Source of the DNA: Campylobacter concisus | GTDB taxonomy: Bacteria; Campylobacterota; Campylobacteria; Campylobacterales; Campylobacteraceae | Assembly (NCBI RefSeq): GCF_003048535.1 | Contig: NZ_PIRQ01000006.1 | Span: forward strand, 125,395-157,394 | Length of the DNA stretch: 32,000 nt | Direction: 5' to 3' | Part shown: piece by piece, positions 25,517 through 32,000 of the stretch | Numbering within the stretch: position 1 is the stretch's first letter | How the letters are laid out: each line of letters opens with the position of its first letter | Made by a program: the position numbers and the translations under genes | Notes under the pieces: generated by a model | What the model was told of the DNA's origin: nothing | What the model saw: only the letters and a program-made list of their open reading frames with translations | Database searches by the model: none

Positions 25517-26281
25517 ATGAACGAAAATCAAAATGAAACCTCAGTTTTAAGTCAAACAAATCTTTTAGGCCTTGGCACAAATCTTGCACTAGATCACGTG
25601 TTGCCATTACTTCTTTTGGCAAATAGGGTTTCAAAATTACAAAATTTTTCACAAAGTGAAATGGCAAATTTACGTGAAAAATTGATAAACGATATCTTAA
25701 GCACTACTTCAAAGATATCAAATCTAGGCATTTACGAGGAAGACGATATTATTAGGCTTAGATATTGCCTTTGTGTTTTTATAGATGAGAGCTTGCTAAA
25801 AAATGAAATTTTTATGAACAGCTTTTGGGCCAATAATACCCTGACAACAAGATTTTTTAATGAAAATCTAGGCGGAAATAAATTCTTTGGCATTATGGAT
25901 AAGTGGTTTGAAAATGTTGGCAAAAATAAAGATTTCTTAGAATTTATATATGCTTGTTTGGTGCTTGGTTATAAAGGAAAATATGAAACCCAAGAAGATT
26001 GCAATGAAAAAATCTCTTATCTTTGTGAAAATATAGCTGCGGCCGTTTCTCCGCTCATAAAGGCCGATGAAAATGTATTTGAAAAGAGTTACTTAAAACA
26101 GACAAAGAAAAGCTTTCTTGAGGTATTTTCGCTAAAGCGTTTAAAATTTTATTTCATTTTGCTAGCTATTGCCATGATTGCAGCTGCATTTTTATATAGT
26201 ACATATTCTATGGATCAAAACAATATCAGAAACGATAGCGTTCTAAATAATAAGATAGAGAATTTTATGGATAACAAGTAA
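25517..26281 (+). CDS. tssL: Type VI secretion membrane subunit TssL (DotU family)
   Basis: DotU-like LRYCLCVFIDESLL and a C-terminal TM segment FYFILLAIAMIAAAFLY. The ATG at 25517 has an AAGGA RBS and is preferred over the track GTG at 25493. Confidence 0.75.
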   Translation: MNENQNETSVLSQTNLLGLGTNLALDHVLPLLLLANRVSKLQNFSQSEMANLREKLINDILSTTSKISNLGIYEEDDIIRLRYCLCVFIDESLLKNEIFMNSFWANNTLTTRFFNENLGGNKFFGIMDKWFENVGKNKDFLEFIYACLVLGYKGKYETQEDCNEKISYLCENIAAAVSPLIKADENVFEKSYLKQTKKSFLEVFSLKRLKFYFILLAIAMIAAAFLYSTYSMDQNNIRNDSVLNNKIENFMDNK

Positions 26282-27556
26282 GTGCAAGATAATTTTTGTA
26301 ATAAATTTAATGAAGATTTTTTAGAGAATGAGCTTTATATTAGTTTAACTGATGAAATGTCAAAGTATAAAACTTTGATGCATGATAGCATAAAGTGGGA
26401 TTATGTATTTAGCTCATCTTTAAAAGCCTTAAGTGAGTTTAGCCTTGATGCTAAGCTTTTAAATTTTTTAGCGATTTCTGCTATAAATTTAAATGACAAA
26501 GAGGCTTTTAAGACACTTATAAAAGCCTTTGCCTTTTTTCTATCTATTTTGAAAAAAGAGCCAAATTTACTTGCAAAAAATGAAAAACAACTACCTGCTA
26601 AAAAAAAGATAATAGCTCAAACTATAGAGCTTTTTACGCAAGCTAATGATAAAGCTTTGGATCAAGCTGACGCAAAAGCGTTTAATGACCTTGTGCCTGA
26701 GCTTTCGCAAGAGCTTAGTACACGTTTTGATACACTTTATATAGAAGAAAAAAAAGAAGAAATTTTAAAAGCTAAAGAGCCAAAAGTAATTGCTAAAACT
26801 GAGCCAACTTACCATCAAAGCGTTTCGTTTAGCAGCAATGATATTAGTACATTTAATGATAGAGAATTTAGAGAATATTTTATAAATTTATCACTAATAC
26901 TTTTAAAGAGTGATATTAAAAATTTTACCGCTTATGCTTTAATTTTTGAAGCAATGTGGGGCAGGATAAAGGCGCTTCCATCAAGTAGCGATCAAATAAC
27001 ACAGATACGTTATCCTGATGAAAATCTGATTATGCTTTTTAAAAAAAGCAACGGACTAAACCTTGATATTTTAGAAAAATTTATAAGAAATTTAGCACTT
27101 AACCCATTTTGGATAGAAGGCATTAAGATATTTTGCGAGTTTTTAAATAGTGCTGGACTTGCAAGGCAAAGTGATCTTATTTGCGATATGGTTTTAAATT
27201 TTATTGATAAATTTCCAGATATAAAAAAGCTCAAATTTCAAAGCGGAGAAGCTTTTTTTGGCGAAGATATAAATAAATTTTTTATTAAAAGCAACTCTTT
27301 GGAATTTACTTCTAGCAGTGATAGTAAAAAAGATATGAGTTTTGAAGATCTAATAAAAGAACTAGACAAAAGCAAGCATGCTTCAAGTGCTCAAAGTGAG
27401 CTTAATTTTATGCTTGAATTATCAAAAATTTTTACTGCACAAGGCATGAATAATAACGCAAAAGCTACCTATGCACAAATAGTTAATTTTATAGAAAATA
27501 CCGAGCTTAAAGATTATTTATCAGACATATATATAAAGGCAAAAACATTTGTGTGA
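26282..27556 (+). CDS. tssA: TssA-like protein (ImpA_N-like N-terminus), divergent
   Basis: The N-terminal pattern ...ELYISLTDEM...IKWDYVFSSSLKALSEFSLDAKLLNFLAISAI resembles ImpA_N. It lies between tssL and tssB. The GTG start is contiguous with the tssL stop. Confidence 0.5.
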   Translation: MQDNFCNKFNEDFLENELYISLTDEMSKYKTLMHDSIKWDYVFSSSLKALSEFSLDAKLLNFLAISAINLNDKEAFKTLIKAFAFFLSILKKEPNLLAKNEKQLPAKKKIIAQTIELFTQANDKALDQADAKAFNDLVPELSQELSTRFDTLYIEEKKEEILKAKEPKVIAKTEPTYHQSVSFSSNDISTFNDREFREYFINLSLILLKSDIKNFTAYALIFEAMWGRIKALPSSSDQITQIRYPDENLIMLFKKSNGLNLDILEKFIRNLALNPFWIEGIKIFCEFLNSAGLARQSDLICDMVLNFIDKFPDIKKLKFQSGEAFFGEDINKFFIKSNSLEFTSSSDSKKDMSFEDLIKELDKSKHASSAQSELNFMLELSKIFTAQGMNNNAKATYAQIVNFIENTELKDYLSDIYIKAKTFV

Positions 27557-27596
27557 TAAAATATGTTTTTTTAAATCACCTTTAATTTTATTTAAA

Positions 27597-27602
27597 TATA
27601 AT
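27597..27602 (+). promoter_or_regulatory. Candidate -10 box (TATAAT) upstream of tssB
   Basis: TATAAT lies 33 nt upstream of the ATG at 27635 with an AAGGA RBS between them. It sits in the only sizeable intergenic gap inside the T6SS block. Confidence 0.35.
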
Positions 27603-27634
27603 TCTTAAATCATTTATGAAAAAAGGATGTTACT

Positions 27635-28120
27635 ATGGCAGATAATCTAATCCCACCAAAAGAACGCATAAATATAGTTTATAAAACTAAGACAAATGAC
27701 CAAGAGGCTGATGTAGAGCTTCCATTAAAACTTATGGTAGTTGCAAATTTAACTGGTGAAAACCAAACTCCACTTGAAGATCGTGAAGTGATTTCTATCA
27801 ATAAAATAAATTTTGATCAGGTTATGAAAAGCTTAGATATTCATACAAATTTCTCTGTAAAAAATAAGCTAAATTCTAACAATGAAGATTTAAATATTGA
27901 CCTTGATTTTGAAAGCATCCATGATTTTAATCCAGATAATATTATAAATCAAATTCCTGAGCTAAAAAAACTTTTGCAGCTTAGAAAAGCTTTAGTTGCG
28001 CTAAAAGGTCCTATGGGCAATATGCCTGATTTTAGAAAAGCGGTTTTAGAAGCTATAAAAGATGAAGATAGTAGAAAACAACTTCTTTTAGAGATTAAAG
28101 ACGAACAAGATAAGGAATAA
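27635..28120 (+). CDS. tssB: T6SS contractile sheath small subunit TssB (VipA)
   Basis: PPKERINIVYKTKTNDQEADVELPLKLMVVANLTG matches the TssB signature. 161 aa. Confidence 0.9.
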   Translation: MADNLIPPKERINIVYKTKTNDQEADVELPLKLMVVANLTGENQTPLEDREVISINKINFDQVMKSLDIHTNFSVKNKLNSNNEDLNIDLDFESIHDFNPDNIINQIPELKKLLQLRKALVALKGPMGNMPDFRKAVLEAIKDEDSRKQLLLEIKDEQDKE

Positions 28121-28122
28121 AA

Positions 28123-29571
28123 ATGTCTGAAACTAAAGTTAAAACTCCTATCATTGAAAGCATAATGCAAAGGAGTAAATATTCAAAAGATGACGAGAGT
28201 TATAGCGTTGTAAAGCAAGGAGTTGCTGAGTTTATTTCAAATATAATAACAACAAATAATGCTGAAGATAAAATAAATAAGCTCGCACTTGATGAGATGA
28301 TAGCCCACATCGATACCCTTTTATCTGCTCAAATGGATGAAATTTTACACAATAAATCTTTTCAAGAGCTAGAATCAACTTGGCGTGGAATTAGGTTTTT
28401 GGTTGAGAGAACAAATTTTAATGAAAATGTAAAAATTGATCTTTTGGACGCCACAAAAGAAGAAATTTTAGATGATTTTGAAAATAATCTAGATATAACT
28501 CAAAGTACACTTTATAAACAAATTTATTCAGCTGAATATGGACAATTTGGTGGTGAGCCAGTTGGTGCGATAGTGGCTGATTATGAGCTAGATAAATCAA
28601 ATCAAGATATGACTTTTTTAAATAAAATGTCATCAATTGCTGCAATGAGCCATTCACCGCTTCTTACATCTCTTTCTGCTAAATTTTTCGGACTTGATAA
28701 TTTTGGTGAGCTTGAAAATATAAAAGATCTAAAAAGCATGCTAGAAGGCCCACAATATACAAGATGGAGAACTTTTAGAGAAAATGAAGATGCAAAATAC
28801 ACAGGATGTATGGTAAATAGATTTCTTACAAGATCTCCTTATGTGCCAGAAGATAATCCTATAAAGAGCTTTAATTATAGAGAAACTGTAAATAATCACG
28901 ATGATATGCTTTGGGGTAATGGGGCCTATGCGTTTGCTACAAGGCTTACAGATAGTTTTGCTGATTATAGATGGTGCGGCAATATTATTGGGCCAAAAGG
29001 TGGCGGTGCTGTAAAGGACCTTCCAACTTATACTTATGAAAATTATGGAAGTATCCAAACAAAAATTCCAACCGAAGTTTTGATCACAGATAGAAGAGAA
29101 TTTGAACTTTCAGAAAATGGATTTATCGCTCTTACCTTAAGAAGAGATAGCAATAACGCTGCATTTTTCTCAGCAAACTCTGCGTTAAAGCCTAAAATTT
29201 TCCCAAATACTCCAGAAGGTAAAGCTGCTGAGACAAATTTCAGACTCGGAACTCAACTACCCTATGTATTTTTGATCTCTCGTTTAGCTCATTATCTAAA
29301 AGTACTTCAAAGAGAAGAGATAGGTACATGGAAAGAGCGTAGTGATGTTGAGCGCGGCTTAAATGAATGGCTAAGACAATACATCTCGGATCAGGAAAAT
29401 CCACCAGCAGATGTTAGAAGCAGAAGGCCATTTAGAAGTGCAAAGGTTATCGTTAGCGATATAGCCGGCGAGCCGGGCTGGTACAAAATAGAGCTTTTGG
29501 CTAGACCTCACTTTAAATTTATGGGAGCAAATTTCGAGCTTTCTTTGGTCGGAAAACTAGACAAAGAGTAA
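28123..29571 (+). CDS. tssC: T6SS contractile sheath large subunit TssC (VipB)
   Basis: 482 aa with the conserved C-terminus RRPFRSAKVIVSDIAGEPGWYKIELLARPHFKFMG. It follows tssB. Confidence 0.9.
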   Translation: MSETKVKTPIIESIMQRSKYSKDDESYSVVKQGVAEFISNIITTNNAEDKINKLALDEMIAHIDTLLSAQMDEILHNKSFQELESTWRGIRFLVERTNFNENVKIDLLDATKEEILDDFENNLDITQSTLYKQIYSAEYGQFGGEPVGAIVADYELDKSNQDMTFLNKMSSIAAMSHSPLLTSLSAKFFGLDNFGELENIKDLKSMLEGPQYTRWRTFRENEDAKYTGCMVNRFLTRSPYVPEDNPIKSFNYRETVNNHDDMLWGNGAYAFATRLTDSFADYRWCGNIIGPKGGGAVKDLPTYTYENYGSIQTKIPTEVLITDRREFELSENGFIALTLRRDSNNAAFFSANSALKPKIFPNTPEGKAAETNFRLGTQLPYVFLISRLAHYLKVLQREEIGTWKERSDVERGLNEWLRQYISDQENPPADVRSRRPFRSAKVIVSDIAGEPGWYKIELLARPHFKFMGANFELSLVGKLDKE

Positions 29572-29578
29572 GCTTACT

Positions 29579-29968
29579 ATGTCGCTGATAGATAAAATTT
29601 TATATGAATTTAGTGATGAATCAAAGCTACGTCCATATTTTAAAGATCTAGACAGCGACATAAAAGATCACATTGATACCATTTTAAACTCTAGACTCGG
29701 TAACTACGGTCGATTAAATGATAGTATTATCGATCTTTGGTCAATGGGTGTTGAGATAAACGAGCTTGGTCATAAACTTGGTATGGCAATATATGAACTA
29801 ATCAGCTCAAATGAGAATAGAATAGAAGTAACATCTATCGGATACGATGACTCACTAAAGCCTTGGCGTATTATCTTTAATATAAACTACAAGCATAAAA
29901 ACGATAATTTCAAAGAGTATTTGCTAAAAGTTATTTTTAAAAACAATAGATATTGTGAGATTTTATAA
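29579..29968 (+). CDS. tssE: T6SS baseplate subunit TssE (gp25-like)
   Basis: 129 aa with the motif DHIDTILNSRLGN typical of the GPW/gp25 family. It lies between tssC and tssF. Confidence 0.75.
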   Translation: MSLIDKILYEFSDESKLRPYFKDLDSDIKDHIDTILNSRLGNYGRLNDSIIDLWSMGVEINELGHKLGMAIYELISSNENRIEVTSIGYDDSLKPWRIIFNINYKHKNDNFKEYLLKVIFKNNRYCEIL

Positions 29969-31686
29969 TGGATTATAATGAAAATAATTTAGCTTATTTT
30001 CAAAAAGAGATGGCATATCTTGATGAAACAAGAGCCCTTTTTATTAAAAATTTTCCAAAAGTAGCACCCTTTTTAGATACTAAAAGCAAAGATCCTGATG
30101 TTGAGAGCATAATAGAAAATATGGCTATTTTAACATCTAGGATCAGGCAAGAACTAGATGAAAATATCCCACTAATCGCTGAGTCTTTAGTAAATATATT
30201 AATGCCAAGCTATACAAATCCTTTTCCATCAGTTTGTATGCAAGAATTTACCTTAAGAGATGACTTCTCTGGGGTAAAAGAATTTATACCAAAAGGAAGT
30301 ATAGTTGAGTCAAAGCAGATCAATGGCATAACGTGTAAATTTCAAACAATCTTTGACATAAATTTGCTTCCATTAAAGATAACAAAAGCTTTTATGTCAA
30401 ACAATAAGAGTGATTATCTTCTAAATTTAAATATAAGCGTTACAAAGGACGAGCTTAGCACAAAAGAACTTGATATAGACTTTTTAAATTTATATCTTGG
30501 AGATAATGTTTACTTCTCTTCTACACTCTTAATGTGGCTAAAAAATTACCTGAAATTTATTACAATAAGTTTTGAAGATAGCGATCAAGAGATAAAGTTA
30601 AGCCCTGATAAACTTAGTTTAGATGAGTTTGATGAGCGTTTGATAAAGAGTGATGAGTTTGGATTTGAAGCATTTGAGCTTTTAAAAGAGCTATCATTTT
30701 TTCCTTCAAAGTTAAATTTTGTGCGATTAAATGGGCTTAGCTTTCTTAAAAATTTTTCTGCAAAAAGCTTTAATATTAAATTCATATTTTCAAAAGATAT
30801 GCCAAGTGGATATGTACCAAGGCTAGAGTATTTTTCTCTTTTTGTTACGCCTGCAATAAATTTATTTGCAATGAGTGCCGAGCCTATTTTAAATAACAAT
30901 AGACGAAGCGAATATAGAATTTTTCTAGATCGCTCAAATATCGATGCTTATGAAATTGTTTCAATCATTAAGGTGGTCGCCCATAGTAGTAATAATGAAA
31001 AAAGGATATTAAAAAACTATAAAAGTTTTGAGAGATTTGAATTTTTAAATGATGAGCGAGCAAAAGATTATTATTTTGTCAGCAATAAAACAGATATAAA
31101 ACTAAACTCTTATAAAGAAATTTCTTTTTTTAAAAGTGACTCTAAAGATCAAACCATCAGCATAGATGCGTTTTGCTGCAATGGTGATTTACCTTGCAAT
31201 CTAAAGCTTGGCGAGATAGATAGAGTTTTGTCCCACCAAGGTGTAACAACTAAAAATTTAACCATTCCAACTAGCGTAAAGCGAGTAAAAATAGATGGAA
31301 ATCTTCTTTGGAAACTAGTTAGTATCTTGTCTTTTAGCTATCAAAGTATACTAGAGAAGGGCTCTTTTTTAGCACTTCTTAATACCTTTAGCGCGTCAGA
31401 TGATGAGTTTTTTAAAAAATTTGCCAACTCGCTTTATGATATAAAAACGAAGCAAATTTATAGAGTTGATCAAGGCTTTGCAAAAAGAGGGTTGCTCTGT
31501 ATATTTTATATAGATGAAAGTGAATTTGAGAGTATAGGAAATGTCTATGTTTTAGGTATAAATTTGGCTAAATTTTTATCAAAATTTGCATCAATTAATT
31601 CATTTTGCGAGCTTAAAATAAAGTGTATAAAGAGTAAAATTTTGCTTAATTATGACTTTTTAGGTGGTACAAAAAAATTAATATGA
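29968..31686 (+). CDS. tssF: T6SS baseplate subunit TssF
   Basis: N-terminus LAYFQKEMAYLDETRALFIKNFPKVAPFL matches the TssF signature. 572 aa. Confidence 0.85.
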   Translation: MDYNENNLAYFQKEMAYLDETRALFIKNFPKVAPFLDTKSKDPDVESIIENMAILTSRIRQELDENIPLIAESLVNILMPSYTNPFPSVCMQEFTLRDDFSGVKEFIPKGSIVESKQINGITCKFQTIFDINLLPLKITKAFMSNNKSDYLLNLNISVTKDELSTKELDIDFLNLYLGDNVYFSSTLLMWLKNYLKFITISFEDSDQEIKLSPDKLSLDEFDERLIKSDEFGFEAFELLKELSFFPSKLNFVRLNGLSFLKNFSAKSFNIKFIFSKDMPSGYVPRLEYFSLFVTPAINLFAMSAEPILNNNRRSEYRIFLDRSNIDAYEIVSIIKVVAHSSNNEKRILKNYKSFERFEFLNDERAKDYYFVSNKTDIKLNSYKEISFFKSDSKDQTISIDAFCCNGDLPCNLKLGEIDRVLSHQGVTTKNLTIPTSVKRVKIDGNLLWKLVSILSFSYQSILEKGSFLALLNTFSASDDEFFKKFANSLYDIKTKQIYRVDQGFAKRGLLCIFYIDESEFESIGNVYVLGINLAKFLSKFASINSFCELKIKCIKSKILLNYDFLGGTKKLI

Positions 31687-32000
31687 ACAAAGAACTAAAT
31701 CAAGCTTCTTTTTTTAAATTAATAAAGAACTGCCTGAAGCACCACGATAGAAGAGATATTTTTTTAAAAAATAGCCCAAGTTTTGCCTATCCGATTAATG
31801 AGCTTGAGAGCTTAAATAAAGAGGATGCAGTAAAAATTGTCGTAAATTTTATGGGTCTTTTGGGAAGTGCCTCGCATCTTACAAGCTATATTTTAGAAAA
31901 GATCTCAAAGAGTAGCGATAATAATTTTGAGAAATTTTTTGACTTTTTTGACAATTACTTGCTTTGGCTTTTCTTTGATAGCATTAGTTTAAAAAATTAT
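31683..32000 (+). CDS. tssG: T6SS baseplate subunit TssG, 3'-truncated by window end (not in ORF track)
   Basis: The ATG overlaps the tssF stop (ATGA). The frame is open for 106 codons to nt 32000. It reads ...SFAYPINELESL...VKIVVNFMGLLGSASHLTSY, which matches the TssG N-terminal pattern. Confidence 0.75.
   Translation, partial: MNKELNQASFFKLIKNCLKHHDRRDIFLKNSPSFAYPINELESLNKEDAVKIVVNFMGLLGSASHLTSYILEKISKSSDNNFEKFFDFFDNYLLWLFFDSISLKNY

Noticed and set aside
22886-30899. Antisense or overlapping ORFs 22886..23149, 23227..23412, 24004..24267, 24350..24532, 25732..25923, 27010..27234, 27949..28170, 28418..28657, 28602..28802, 28741..29058, 30585..30899
   Set aside because: All lie opposite well-supported effector, immunity or T6SS genes. 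The translations are Ser/Phe/Leu/Ile-rich, as expected from antisense AT-rich coding DNA.
1-32000. CRISPR arrays, rRNA genes, IS elements with terminal inverted repeats, hcp/vgrG/clpV/tssM
   Set aside because: No regularly spaced repeat-spacer structure, rRNA-like sequence or transposase ORF was seen. No ORF in the window has Hcp, VgrG, ClpV or TssM features.

Overview
AT-rich, Campylobacter-like (Campylobacterota) chromosomal window. All homology calls are by eye and from memory, with no searches run. There are five blocks. (1) nt 1-6400 is mobile-element-like cargo: a 5'-truncated primase-like ORF, a DUF4143-type AAA ATPase, a decayed DUF4391::type III Res fusion remnant, and two unknown convergent ORFs, one weakly Rep-like. 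(2) nt 6650-12920 is a three-gene Dba/DsbI-like module (55-aa TM peptide missed by the ORF track, 5-TM CxxC protein, secreted protein). It is followed directly by a Tat-dependent DmsA/B/chaperone/DmsC-type molybdoenzyme operon and a clean terminator. (3) nt 12920-17090 holds a low-GC solitary OLD-family ATPase/TOPRIM nuclease cassette, then a second, inverted copy of the three-gene module with different codon usage and its own terminator. (4) nt 17400-21060 holds a second AAA ATPase and a 713-aa tyrosine integrase that abuts a 46-nt 3' fragment of a tRNA-Met(CAU)-like gene, a candidate att site. (5) nt 21060-32000 starts with decayed putative T6SS effector/immunity cassettes, including a frameshifted glycine-zipper effector candidate, a coupled 3-TM immunity candidate and an orphan effector tail. 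These are followed by T6SS core genes tssJ-tssK-tssL-tssA-like-tssB-tssC-tssE-tssF-tssG, with tssG running off the window. No CRISPR array, rRNA or intact tRNA was seen. The least-described items are the duplicated split DsbI-like module linked to a molybdoenzyme operon, the glycine-zipper effector/immunity pair, and the solitary OLD cassette.
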